Part shown: positions 51,590 to 64,000 of the stretch, in pieces
How positions within the stretch are numbered: position 1 is the first letter of the stretch
Layout of the letters: the number at the start of each line of letters is the position of its first letter
Source of the DNA: Eledone cirrhosa
Lineage: Eukaryota
Direction: 5' to 3'
DNA: 64,000 bases
Assembly: GCA_964016885.1 (NCBI GenBank)
Contig: OZ024745.1
Span: 76,694,001 to 76,758,000 of the forward strand
Translations under genes and position numbers: made by a program
The notes under the pieces: model-generated
Databases searched by the model: none
What the model was told of the DNA's origin: nothing
What the model saw: the letters and a program-made list of their open reading frames with translations, nothing else

Positions 51590-51925
51590 ATATGTATGAA
51601 CAAGTTGAAGGGGAATATAGGCTTAAGAGGAATCCCAGGTTGTGTGCAGGAGAAAAGACTGAATTGGTTTGGACATGTGATGTGCATTGACAAAGATTGT
51701 TGGGGGATTAAGTGCTAGGAAATGTCAGTGGAAGGAAGCTGCAGTAGAGGCAAACCAAGAAAGACCTGGGCAAAGGTTGTGAGAGCTGACCTCAAATCCC
51801 CGAGACTCACAGACGAGATGACAAAGCATCGCAACGTAGGGAGAGATGCCGTGCTGAGAAGGGCCCATCCAACCCATACAAGCATGAAAATGCAGATGTA
51901 AAAACGATGATGACGATAATGATAT
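51590..51925 (+). mobile_element. RTE LINE 3' relic
   Basis: Encodes VQEKRLNWFGHV..SRGKPRKTWAKVVRADL; tail gcagatgtaaaaacgatgatgacg. Confidence 0.8.
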
Positions 51926-52654
51926 ATATAGTCCTGTTCAGGACTCTATGCTATAATGGAAAGTATGTGTGTGTTGAATGGCACAGACAACTGACCACTT
52001 TAAACAAATAATTTGTGCAGGTTATTTGGTAAATCAACTGTGTACCTTGATATCTTGTTTGCCTTATAAATTGTAAGATACACACGAGATGTCATAACAT
52101 AATATTTGCTGAAACCTCATCTGACATTTACAATAGAGGAGTAATCCATACATAATCTATCAAATTCACTCATAAAGCATTGGTTATCCTGAGGCTATAA
52201 TAGAAGGTGCCTAAGGTGCAACCCAGTAAGATAGAACCTGAATCCATATGGCTGCAAAGTGAACTTTTAACCACACAGTCAAGCCTGTGCCACTAAAATA
52301 TCTTACAGCATTTTGTTTCAATGCCTCCAAATTTAAATCCTGCCAGCACTTTCATTGGTTTTTATGTCTTAAAGGGGGCACTAAAATAAAATATACTTCC
52401 TTTACAAAATTTACCAATACAATATTTATTCAAACATTTTGTTGGTTGCATATTTTTTATTGCTAACTTGTTTACTAATATATGTTAAGTTATATTAGTT
52501 TAGTTAATTATCTTTTATTGTTATAATGCTGTAAATAAGCTAGCTGGAAAAAGGATCCATAAACCTGTAGTAATTGAAATTGAACTAATTTATAGCTTTG
52601 TATTATTTTATTATCAGCTAGTAGCTTTATGGGAATCTTATAATGTATGGTGTG

Positions 52655-52925
52655 TCATCATCATCATCATCATCACCGTTTTACGTCCGTTCTTCCACGC
52701 TAGCATGGGTTAGACGGGTTGTCCTGTTGTGGGCAGTGTCTGGTCGGCTGACCATGCCTTGCTCATACAGGAACTGATCTGGCTTGATTTCTACAGCTGG
52801 ATGCCCTTCCTAACACCAACCTCATTTACAGTGAGTGCTGGGTGCTTTTTCGTGGCGCCTACACGTCCACTTTACAGTGTGGGCTGGGTGCTTTTTTGCC
52901 GTGGCACCTCCACGACCACCTTGCG
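52655..52925 (-). mobile_element. 5'-truncated SINE family 2 copy
   Basis: Reverse complement of 55000-55264. Confidence 0.8.
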
Positions 52926-52957
52926 GTGGGGGGGGGGGGGCATATTGTTTATATGCT

Positions 52958-54095
52958 TCAGCATGTACCCATGGGAGGTCGGGTACCCTGTATTACTGCG
53001 TGACGCCAGAAGTCACGGTCGTGTGTCATTGACTTTGAGAGGTGTAGTTGGGTAAGGTCGGCTTTTATCACCTCATCCCAAGTCATCTTGGGTCTCCCCA
53101 CTCCGCGGTTTCCATCAACTTCTAGTGCTCTGCACCTTTTTATGCAGCTGTCATCCTTCATACGCATCACATGTCCATACCAGCGTAACCGCCTCTCCTG
53201 CACGCAGCATTTGATTCCTCTTATGCTCAGTCTCTCTCTCAATTCATTTATGCTTTGTCGTTCACGTATATTACTGTTACACATCCATCGGAGCATGCAG
53301 GCTTCGTTTCTCTCTAATCTACGTAAGTCTTCCACCTTCAGCGCCCAGGTCTCACTACCATGCAACATCGCTGTTCGGATACACGCATCATACAGTCTGC
53401 CTTTCATTCTGAGGGAGAAGCCTTTTGCAGCTAGCAGTGGTAGTAGTTCCCTAAACTTCTTCCATCCCGTTCTTACCCTAGTTATTGTACTTTCTGAGCA
53501 CCCACCTCCGTTGCTAATTCGGTCACCTAGGTAGCAGAAGCTGTCTACTGTTTCTACAGGGCCCTCCCAGAGATTGGTGGTACTTGTTTCCTGTGGCTGT
53601 TTGCTTGCTGTTTCAGCACAGCTGCTGCATGTGAATCCTACATTCTTAATTAAGCTTCCTGAGATCCCGCTACATCTCTTGTGTACCCATTGTTTGCATT
53701 TGGGGCAAAGAATGGAGTTCCTACCTACACCTTTCCTACATACTGAGCAAGGCCATTTCCCTGAGGGGATCTGGGTTCTGTTTTCTCGTCTACTTATAAG
53801 GACCTTAGTCTTTGTCATGTTGACTTTGAGGCCCTTTCTCTCTAGTCCCTGCTTCCAGGTTTGGAATTTATTCTCTAGTTCTACCATAGATTCAGCTATG
53901 AGTGCGAGGTCATCAGCATACAGGAGTTCCCATGGGCATCCGGTCTTAAACTCCTCCGTTATTGCCTGCAGGACTATGATGAACAGGAGAGGGCTAAGAA
54001 CAGAGCCCTGGTGGACCCCAACCTGTACGCTAAATTCCTCGCTATACTCATTGCCAATCCTAACTTTGCTGACTGCTCCCCTATACATGGCTTGT
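52958..54095 (-). mobile_element. 5'-truncated RTE-clade LINE with open RT C-terminal frame
   Basis: 376-aa ORF with GVHQGSVLSPLLF, YADD, an inserted Cys-rich segment CSVC..CPKC..HKRC, and RRLRWYGHVMR. Confidence 0.92.
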
Positions 54096-54869
54096 GTAAT
54101 TGTGTCAAAAGCCTTTTACAACAATATATGCATTGGTTCATAAGCATTATGAATCTTCTGCTTACTTCGATCAAAATTATGGTGTATATGAGTTGTGATA
54201 TGGAAATACCTATTTGTAGTAAATTAAAAATCTGCCACTTGAAACAAGGAAATTAAATTTGTGAGGTGGATTTGATGCTATGGAGATTTGGGTTAGGTAA
54301 ATGCTAGTAACATTATTATAGATTTTACTTCTACAGCTGTTGCAGCTGCTACTAATGGTGAAGATGACAAGAGATAATGTTAATGATGACAATGATAACA
54401 TGAGAATGTTTGTTTATGAAAATGAGGAAGACATTAAGAGTGCTGGCAATGAGAAAGAGAACTGCTAAATAATACTGGAAATGATAATAATGATTATTGT
54501 TGTTTTGTAACTTCAGTCTACCCTGATTGAGCAGACTAAGAGCATCTATGTAGTCAGATGGATACCTAGGTATGATCCAAAGATATATTGATTAATATGT
54601 AACAAGCTTTCACCTGGATGATGACCATATAGCACATTTTGATCTGTAGTGGTTTATTGAATGGAGTACAGTGAGCACATTGGATTTCCTTCATTCTTCA
54701 GTTAGTTTTGAGCCATAGACATACACCCTCACATATCTTGATTCAAGTAGTTTGTCAGTAAGCAGCCTATTTTAGTCAAAACAATCACTATCAGTGTGTA
54801 ATATACTTTCAACTACACTAAAATGTACCACTTTCGACTTATACTTGGACTTTAGTTTTCTAATCTATG

Positions 54870-55264
54870 AAGGCGCATGGCTTAGTGGTTAGAGCATTGG
54901 GCTTGCAATTGAAAGGTTGTGAGTTCAATTCTCAGACCGGGTGATGTGTTGTTTCCTTGAGCAAGACACTTATTTTCACATTGCTCCAGTTTACTCAGCT
55001 GCAAAGTGGTGTGGAGGTGCCATGGCAAAAAAGCACCCAGCCCACACTGTAAAGTGAATATGTAGGCGCCATGGGAAAAAAGCGCCCAGCACTCACTGTA
55101 AATGAGGTTGGTGTTAGGAAGGGCATCCAGCTGTAGAAATCAAGCCAGAATCAGTTTCCGTATGAGCAAGACAAGGTCAGCCGACCGGACACTGCCCGCA
55201 ACAGGACAACCCGTCTAACCCATGCTAGCGTGGAAGAACGGACGTAAAACGGTGATGATGATGA
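54870..55264 (+). mobile_element. Full-length SINE family 2 copy
   Basis: tRNA-like head ggcgcatggcttagtggttagagc (A box) ... gtgagttcaattctc (B box). Tail aacccatgctagcgtggaagaacggacgtaaaacggtgatgatgatg. Confidence 0.88.
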
Positions 55265-55569
55265 ATCTACTCTTCTTGCCACTCCATGTACACAGTACCA
55301 TCCAAAACACCAAACTGTCGTTTCCACCAACCTTATTTAGAAAATATTTCTTTATCCCATGCACTGATGTGGTAAACAAAGTGAATTCTTTGACTTTTCA
55401 TGATCCTGACTGTTAGATAAGACGAAGAAATGTAAAATAACATGTTTGGACAAGAAACACAATTAAAGGCTTGCTGTAAAGTTAATTTCCCTGTGCTGGT
55501 AATCTAATACATTTTTCCAAATAGTCATTTTCTTTCTGAATAAAAAATATATATAAAAAAAAAAACATA

Positions 55570-55668
55570 CAGGTTGTCCCCAAAAATGTATACACACTTT
55601 GATTACCTGTACAGGCAATATTTATTAGAATGCTGTTGAAGTGTGTATACATTTTGGGGGACACCCTG
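55570..55668. mobile_element. 99-bp Tc1/mariner-type MITE
   Basis: TA-flanked ~30-bp TIRs caggttgtccccaaaaatgtatacacactt / aagtgtgtatacattttgggggacaccctg. Confidence 0.85.
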
Positions 55669-56894
55669 TATTTGAATTATTTTGCCAGCAGGGAAAAGCG
55701 GACGTAAAATGATGATGATAAAATGAAAACAGTTTTATTGTGATAAAATAGCCATAATGTAATAAAAACAAATATGTTTCTCATGTAAATCTTCACTTAC
55801 CCACGCTCTACAACTACATTTTCACTATTGAACCTTCTTTTTCAGATTAAGTAATAAACACTTATGACAACTATATCATTTTGTCTTTTATAAGTATTTA
55901 TGTAAGAAATCATTATTCTACAATAAATTAGTTCAGTACCAATGTATTCAAAAGAACATTTGAATTTAATATCAATATAAATAAGCTGATAAAATTTTCC
56001 CAGCTGTCTCTCCCTGTATAGCATTTTAATCTATTTGATACACATAAAATATTTTTAGACACTAAAACAATGATTGTGGCTTCATAGAAAGCTGTGCAAC
56101 ATTTATGACTAATTTTCTTTAATTGTTAATGTAAAGGTAGCACACTGGCAGAGTCACTAGATCATTAGATAAAATGCTTTGTGGTATTTTTCCAGCTCTC
56201 TGAGTTCAAGTCCCACCCAGGTCAACTTTGCCTTTTATCCTATTGGGGGTCAATAAACAAAGTACATATCCAGTGTAATAGATTAGTTGAATTGTTAGGG
56301 CTTCAGATGAGATGCTTTGTAGCATCTATACTGGATCTGTGTGTTCTGAATTCAGATACTGCTTCAACTTATTTTTTAACACACAATTTCATATTAGAAA
56401 TCTTTCAAAACAAATATATCACCATCACATTAAAATAAATGTTCTCTATATATACTTTAGGCCTGGTGAGGGATGGACTTCACAAGGTTAAATGCCTAAG
56501 AAACGCTATATGTCAATACAGTGCTCCTATGACTCCTTTAGGAGTTATGGGACCATACCATACATACTTTATAAATGACTATCAGAAATGACTGAGACAA
56601 CTGGAAGACAAGCTCAATGTTGTTCAGTATCTTGTAATGGGCGTCCTTATTCTTAAATCAGACATTAACAGGTCATACTTTTCCCTTCTGAGATTGATAA
56701 AATATATAAATTAATTGTTAATTCTTGGTATAAATTCAATTGACTTTATGCATATATTCAAAATATTTGGTATAATAAAAGAAAGTTTACTATATTTAAA
56801 AAAGAATACAATCTTGCTATGGAATGAAACTTGGGGGAGATATATTTCAAATTTTCAGCAGCATTGTGCAACTATTGTAAACAAACAACTGATC

Positions 56895-57150
56895 TGAACT
56901 GTCAACTGATTACCATCTAGTTATATTCAACCTGAGACTGCCTAAAGTCAAGAAAGCTCATAAAACTTGAAGGTCCAACTCCGCCTACAGGATAAACTGG
57001 GAAGTACTGACAGATAAGGAGGTCAGGCCCAGGTGTGCAGACTCTATTGCATTTAGATTCAGAAACGTCCATTAGAAAACTAAGGATGTTGAAACAGAGA
57101 AGGGACTGTTCAGCTCGACAGTTTCAGCTTCAATTGTTAAAGGCTTTTCT
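56895..57150 (+). mobile_element. Old RTE-like (APE end) relic
   Basis: Translates ELSTDYHLVIFNLRL...YRINWEVLTDKEVR...KDVETE with in-frame stops. This matches the 'ELSTDHHLV' end of the APE domain. Confidence 0.6.
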
Positions 57151-57352
57151 TGGAGATCTGGCCAGATCGATTGGAGGCAGTAGCTTCTGACAGAACCTAC
57201 TGGAAGGTCTGCTGGAGGACTTTGCCCTCACAATCTTCCCAGGAATAAGTGGGAAAAGAAGAAGAAGAAGAAGAAGAAGAAGAAGAAGAAGAAGAAGAAG
57301 AAGAAGAAGAAGAAGAAGAAAAAAATAATAATAATGATGTTAAAATTTTATA

Positions 57353-57386
<34 letters not shown>

Positions 57387-57601
57387 GAATGCTATGGTTG
57401 ACGGAGGCTCGGCTCTGTAAGGTATTGTAAATTTTGACCGCTATAACAATTGTAAATTGTTTAAAACTTTAACCAACTTGTAGACAAAAACACCCTCCTC
57501 CTCGTGAGAGGGGTCTTTCTGCCCGTTATTTGGCCCTTCGGGGTTAAATAACAGCTTATTGGGGTTTTGTGACCAATATTTATTTTAAACAAAAAAACAA
57601 C

Positions 57602-59704
57602 ATGGCTACGAAAAAGAATTTTCATAGGTCACTCCCACTCTTTCCGTCTTCTTCTTCCTCAATCGTCACTACAGCAGAGAGAAGATTGTCTCCCCCCCCC
57701 TTCTTTAAATGTGTCTCTCTCCCTCCCTTCTCTTTCGCAAGCAACGACAGAAAAGAAAAGTCTCGTGCAAAGCGTGCAAGATTTCTCCACGACGACGACG
57801 ACAACGACGAAACAGGTGTGCGGGAAATACGAAAACCCATTTCATTCGTCTGACGTCAGGAATAATAGCAGTAGCAGCCGTAATAACAACAGCAACAGTG
57901 ACAATGAAAACAACAGTAGCAGCCGCAACAGCATCACCAGCAGCATAAACAACAACAGCATTAGCAGCAGCAACACCAACAACAACCACAGCAACAGCGG
58001 CGGAGGCAGTAGTCGTAGTACCTGCAGCAACAACAAAAGTAACAGCAGCTCTGACGACAACAACAACAACAGCAGCAAAGAAAAACCAATCTCGTTTGCA
58101 GGTATCGCGAAGAACCTGGAAACAATCCTCATAACAAATGAGGAATTAGAGGAAGCGAAGAAAATGGTGACAAAGACTGGACACCGAGCAATCTGCAAGG
58201 CAGCGGAAAAATTTTTCGAAACCCAACAGCACTGTACGGTCACATACCGTACAGTAAGTACAAAATCCCGTAGGGTTGAAAGAGCCACAGAGGCTCAAAT
58301 ACAAAAAGCCTTGGGGTCTGTGTGGCAGCGGAAAACGCACATCACCCGAGGCAAAAAAAATATGCCACCGTAGACGTACTTTTTGCCACACCCCCAGGAG
58401 GCAAAGGCTCAATCCGTAGTGACCCTAAGGAGCGAGGAAATGGTGTTGGTGCCCTCCTACTGCGGGCAAAAAATTGTGAGGGTCAAACTGACCCACGTCC
58501 CCCCGGGATGGCCCCTTCTTGGCTGGCCGCGTCTGTCCTCGTCGGAATCGAGGACAAAACAACTGTACTGCAAGTACAGAAAAAAGTAAGAGAAGATTGG
58601 GTCGGCACCTCCATTGAGATGTTAATCCAAACCAACCAGGAGTGCATCGAAGCTATCCCGGATGTGATAGACTTCGATAACGGCACTCAACTTCCCATAA
58701 GTGTTGAGGGCAAACGCCCGAAATGCTTTCGCTGTGGATCGAAGACTCACCTCAGGGCCTTCTGCAACGAGAAGAGCCTGAGAAAGGAGAAAACCACCCT
58801 CCTTCCGAAACCGGCTCCACGGCTACCAGCAACAGGACAAGCGGCAACCAGGAACGATAGGTCCGTGGCACCCATACCCACGCCACGGAAATCAAAAACA
58901 GCAGCAGCAGTGGAAATATTAACAACAACAACCGCAATACCAAATGCAGCTGCAACAGTGACTCCAGTGCAAACATCACCAACAACAACAAGTGAAAGAG
59001 TGGAGCTGGTACCCCTCCCCAACCTCACAGAATCAGACATGGAGTGTGAGGTGGGAGAGGGATGGCAAAAGGTCGTAAGAAGGCACAAACGCAGAAGCAG
59101 CGCATCGTCACCTTTGAAAAGGGAGGAAAGAAATGAGAAAAGGGTAAAGTCTACTGCAAAGAGACTCACAGCAGCAACACCACCAACACCATCACCACCC
59201 ACACTAGCACCACCATCACCACCGGCGACAACCCCACCGCCAACAACACCTTCAACACCACCACCACAAGCACCAACATCGCAAACACAACAACAAAACA
59301 CACACACACAGCAACAACGACAAGAAAATAGCAGAACCACACCCCACACCCAGAAAAACAAATGCACGGCAATAAATACACACAACAAGAAACTAATGAC
59401 TTACATAATTGAACACACAGACATTTCACAACACGACTACATAATACCAGCACCAATCAAAACGCCAACTAACATAAGACTGCTAAAAATAGCACAGAAA
59501 CAATACACAAACATTAAAACGAAATTCCCCAACGCAGTTGGTGATTTCAGGGACCTAGGAGGAACTATCAATCGAAGAGTATATTCGGACATACTCATAG
59601 AAGAGCTGACGACCAGCTGAAGGGACGATTCAACGATCCCTTCACCAGACGATCAAGTGAAAAGGGATGGAAAAACCATCCCTCCTCTACGAAAAGTACG
59701 GTAA
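57602..59704 (+). pseudogene. Copy D ORF1, disrupted by frameshifts and a premature TGA at 59618
   Basis: ORF pieces 57711-58373 and 58322-59620 are homologous to copy A ORF1 (VEGKRPKC knuckle). The frame stays open past the TGA to CGG TAA at 59699-59704. Confidence 0.75.
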
Positions 59705-59739
59705 GTGGACTTTCCCATCTTTTCCACTCTATTTTAAAC

Positions 59740-62700
59740 ATGACCTCACTCAGAATAGGCAGCATAAATGCGCGTGGCTTGGAGTCGTCATGGAAGCAGG
59801 GTCACCTGCTCAACGACCTCAGGTCACTAAACATAGATGTAGTGGCCATCAGCGAGACCAGAATCTCCGAAGCACGGGCCTTCGCACCGATCTTCGGCGG
59901 CTACGATGTGTACGCATCTCCCAGCCGTCCTGGATCGGGGAGAGGAGTTGCTGTGCTTTTTCGGAGAGGTTTGGATCTCGCCATACGGGCCATCTTCCTG
60001 GACCCAGAGGGTAAGCTGGTGGTGCTGGACGTGACCAGCGGAGACGGGCAAGCTTTCAGGCTAGTGGCCGTCTATGCCCCGACAGGAGCAGGGCGGCCTG
60101 ATTTCTTCCGGCGTCTGGAGACCTTTCTTGGAACGTCCCGCTCTTTAGTGTTAGAGGGCGACTGGAACGGGATCTTAGATGCACGCTGGGACTGTGTGGG
60201 TTTAGCGGATAGGGGTGGAGGGTGCAAGAGCGTCACCAACCTGCTCAGGCGTTTTGAACTGTCTGACAGGTACCGATTGGATTTCCCGAATGTGCCAATG
60301 TGGACTTGGACAAATCGCATAGGGTCATCCAGATCATATCTAGATAGAGTATTTTGTAGGGAAATAGATAGGTCTAGCATAGGCTGTCCACAATTCAAGA
60401 TAGTCAGCTACACGGACCACAAATTCGTGATCTGTGTGGTTGACTTAGATAGGCTTCATAGACGAGGACCCGGCTACTGGAAGCTAAACGCGTCCTTACC
60501 AGCGCGCAAGGCCTACAGAGACCGGATTAGCGAACTAGTTAAGCGGGCGTTGACGGGGGCCATCGTCAACAATAAGTGGTGGTTTGCTCTGAAAAGAGCG
60601 ATTAGAATAGAATCGATTAGGTTTAGTAAGGCTTTAGCAATAGAGAAAAATAGAGCAGAGGGAGAACTAGTTAGAAAATTAGACGAGGCGCTTAGCAAAG
60701 GCATTGCGACCGACGTGCTTGCGGCGAAATTAGCCCTTGACCAATTCTTCAATGCAAAGCACGAAGGCTGCGTTGTCAGAGCAAGGGTGCGTGCTCTCAG
60801 ACACGAGGGGACGAAAGCCGTTCAATGGGCCCGAGTGGCGGAAGCGCGTCGTGGCAACAAAGCCACGATCCGGTCTTTGGTGGACCACGACGGGCGCATG
60901 CTACTCGATCCCGGGCAAATGTGTGAAGCTTTTCAGCGACACTTCGCTCGCTGTTCGGGGGCAGCGGTGGGCCGGGTCGAGGGATGAACTTTAGTGTCTA
61001 CCTCGACGGACTGCCGCGGCTCTCGGCCACTGAGGCGAAGTGTTGCGAAAAGCCGATAACAGCCGCTGAAGTAAGGGAGGCAATGACTGGCTGCACAAGA
61101 GGTAAATCGCCTGGTCTGGATGGTCTTCCCTATGAACTTTACGTACAGATGCCAGACTTGTTCGGAGGCCTCTTGGCGGACGTCTACTGCCACTGGCAAC
61201 AGAACGGGAGAATTCCCAGTTCTGTAAGCCGAGGAGCGGTGGCACTGCTGAGAAAGGATCCGAACAAGGGGGATAACATAGATAATTTCCGGCCCATAAC
61301 TCTGCTAAACACAGAGTTCAAGATTTTGGCCAAGGTGCTAGCAAAGAGGTTGGCGCTTGTCGTTGGTGGTCTGGTGGGAGAGGCGCAAGACATCCCGGAC
61401 AGATCCATCCACGACAACCTCCACCTCATGCGATACATCGTAGAGAGGGTAGCTAGGGAACCTGGCACGGGTGGGTCCTTGATCAATTTAGATCAGTCGA
61501 AAGCTTTCGATAGGGTCGACCATCGTTACCTAGCGGCAGTCCTGAGGGCGGCTGGCTTTGGGCCCGTCTTCAGAGGCTGGATCGCTGCCATGCACAGCGA
61601 CATCTGCTCTGTGGTGAGAGTGAACGGTCACCTGTCGGAACCGTTCAACATCATGCGCTCGGTCCGCCAAGGATGTCCTCTCTCGTCCCTCTTGTACGTA
61701 TTGACTCTCGAGCCATTACTACACAAACTGGAGACGTTGAGGGGCGTCCCGCGCGAACTAGGATGCGGAAGATCCGTGTCAGCATATGCGGACGATGTCA
61801 CCGTAGTGGTGTCGAACGCCAAACACATCCAGGCGATCGGCACTACACTAAGAGAATACGAAGCGGTGACAGGAGCAATGATCAACCAGGAAAAGTCAGT
61901 GGGCCTGCAGCTCGGCACCTGGAGAGGCAGGTCCATGCCGTCCAACAGCGGACGCTGGACGGACGGACCGGTTAAATTGCTAGGGGTCTGGTTCGGTCCG
62001 GACCTCCAGACGGACAAAAACTGGGATGAGGTGACGAGCAGGGTGGCTTCTCTCACCCAGAAATGGGCGCAGAGGAAGCTATCCCTGAAAGGTCGAGCGG
62101 AGGTGGCTAACGCGTACATCGCGTCTGTCATCTGCTACCGCCTGACCGTCGTACCTTGTCCTAAGCCTCGCCTGACTGCGCTGGAGCGTTTGCTCTTTCG
62201 CTTTTTGTGGAAGGGACGTGCTCCGATGGTCAGGCGGTCCATCTGTTGTCAACACCCGCTACGTGGAGGGCTGGGCATGCCGTGGCTGATGATGCGCAGG
62301 CACGCGCTCAGGCTACGACATCTCCACCTCTTCCTCGACGGTGATCAGGTGTGGTCGCCGTTTGCTAGACACGTATTTCCCCAGCTCGTTTCCTTGGCGG
62401 AGCTGCAGTCCTGGGTCAAGCGAAGACCGAGAGGGAGCGCCTGGAGACTGGAATGTCTTCAGGCGCTCACAGCCCTCGACCAATCAGGCAATGTGATCGG
62501 TGGAAACTCCACCTCGGCGTTCTATAGAGGATTAGTGGAGGGGAAGAGCGACGACGTACTTGGGGAAACTCTAGGCGTCGACGAAAATCAACTAGCCAAT
62601 CTCTTCGGAAGAACTTTCGGGCCGGGGCCTATGGACAACTTCCAGAAATCTCTGGCCTGGCAGTGCTACCGAGGAGCCTTGCCAGTTCGGGATAAACTCT

Positions 62701-63146
62701 ACAGGCATGGAGGTGCCGTCAGCCGGGCATGTCCGAGATGCGCGCAGGGCGACGAAACCGTCCTGCACGCACTCGTCCAGTGTCCGAAAATTGCTGACTT
62801 GTGGGTTTATGTCGAACACCTGCTGTCGCGTTTAGGACGGATCCAGCTATCATCTGAGTCCATCGTGAGGATTGCCCCACCCTCCTCCTTTAGCCGAGAA
62901 GGGCAGGCAGTTTTTATCTGTCTGGTGGCCATGGCGAAAGAGATAGTATGGTGGACACGTTTGAAAGGGCTGAAGACGAGCACTTACCTCTTCGGTGATG
63001 CTCTGATTGACTTTTTCAAATTTCATTTGAAAAGAAAAATCAGAGTAGAGAGGGAAGTGCTCTCTTCCCAGCATTTTGTTGAAAGATGGGTGAGAGAAGC
63101 AAGAATGGCCCGAGTGAATGGGCCTACTCTGAGTATATATCTGTAA
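59740..63146 (+). pseudogene. Copy D ORF2 (APE-RT-ZnF) with one frameshift near 60950-60985
   Basis: The 415-aa and 720-aa pieces are colinear with copy A ORF2. Confidence 0.9.
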
Positions 63147-63422
63147 ATTAAAGGTGGAAAACTGGGAGAGGGCACTTGCCTTGGTGGTCAGGGTCATTGT
63201 GGCCTTTTACTGGGCTTTCTCCACAAACTTTCTCCACAAATCTGGGCTTTCTCCCCCTATTGGGGAATTTTTCATTGTTATTTTTTGTTACATCCTCTGT
63301 TTTTGTTTTTTACACGCAGAAATGCCCATTTGTACCGTCCTGTATTGTCCTGCACTGTCCTTAATGTCTACTTTATGTAAACCCTTGTGGTTAATAAAGA
63401 AATCATTATTATTATTATTATT

Positions 63423-63930
63423 TGCATTTATCTTGCTTTATGTTCATATGAGTTATCACCAAGTCACAACCAGTGACCTCAAGAGACAACAAGGTCCGCC
63501 ATGTTCAAGAAAGAACATACATATTCACACATGCATCCTTAGTGTCTAGACTTGTGATGTACTTATATTGACAGGATCTTCCTTAGTATATGGGCAGTTC
63601 CCATTAGTACTATCTTTTGTATTTCTCCTATACGCGGGTTTCCTGGGATTTGCGATAAGTAGTCGTTAGACCCCTTAGGTATCATTCCCAGAGCGCCTAC
63701 AACCACTGGTATTGTTTTAGTTCTCAATTTCCACATTTTTCCAATTTCTATCTCCAGGTCCTTATACTTGCTCAATTTTTCAAATGTTTTTATAGATACA
63801 TTCTTGTCTATTGGAACAGACATATCAATTAGTAGGCATACCCTCCTTTGAAAGTCCTTCAATATTATATCAGGTCTATTTGCATCTATTTTTCGGTCTG
63901 TTTGGATGCTAAAGTTCCACAAGATTGAGA
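63423..63930 (-). mobile_element. 5'-truncated RLE-type (Dong/R4-like) retrotransposon flanked by (TAA)n
   Basis: ORF WNFSIQTDRKIDANRPDII..LIDMSVP..KLSKYKDL..PVVVGALG is a PD-(D/E)xK endonuclease. TAA repeats lie at both junctions. Confidence 0.9.
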
Positions 63931-64000
63931 TATTATTATTATTATTATTGTTATTGTTATTCCTTGAATCTCAGTCATTGATGTTGGTTAACTGGAAAGT

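Larger units (their letters stand above)
57387..63404 (+). mobile_element. Full-length Tx1-like retrotransposon, copy D (distinct subfamily, frameshifted)
   Basis: Contains a 5'UTR, ORF1 pieces (57602-59704, knuckle CFRCGSKTHLRAFC), ORF2 split into 59740-60987 and 60984-63146, and a 3' end AATAAAGAAATC. (TTA)n flanks both sides. Confidence 0.93.

Noticed and set aside
54870-54945. tRNA gene
   Set aside because: The tRNA-like head continues into a SINE core and a LINE-derived tail, and it recurs at 43025-43447.
56970-57030. Twister-ribozyme-like words AACTCCGCC...TAAGGAGG
   Set aside because: It lacks the UA cleavage site and the P4/pseudoknot segment. It lies in frame within a decayed RTE coding relic, which explains the sequence.

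Overview
Repeat-rich, AT-rich animal genomic DNA, most likely a cephalopod such as Octopus (inferred from the SINE families, the microsatellite load and a molluscan-type tyrosinase). One host gene is present: a three-coding-exon secreted tyrosinase (type-3 copper protein, 614 aa) on the minus strand, join(12422..12039, 8809..8697, 6174..4827). The rest is mostly mobile DNA: four Tx1-like (L1-superfamily) non-LTR retrotransposons, one apparently intact; RLE-type (R4/Dong-like), RTE, CR1-like and Penelope-like fragments; a DD37D maT transposon; a MITE; three SINE families; and a 79-bp tandem array. The most notable observations are: (1) the Tx1 elements sit in specific microsatellites, (TATC)n or (TTA)n; (2) a splice-donor motif overlaps the ORF1 stop codon and an acceptor-like motif overlaps the ORF2 stop codon, so ORF2 could be a removable intron; (3) a conserved two-hairpin 5'UTR; (4) several type I hammerhead ribozyme motifs, including a tandem pair with a U3-A8 compensatory core. 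All calls come from manual reading, and repeat boundaries are approximate.
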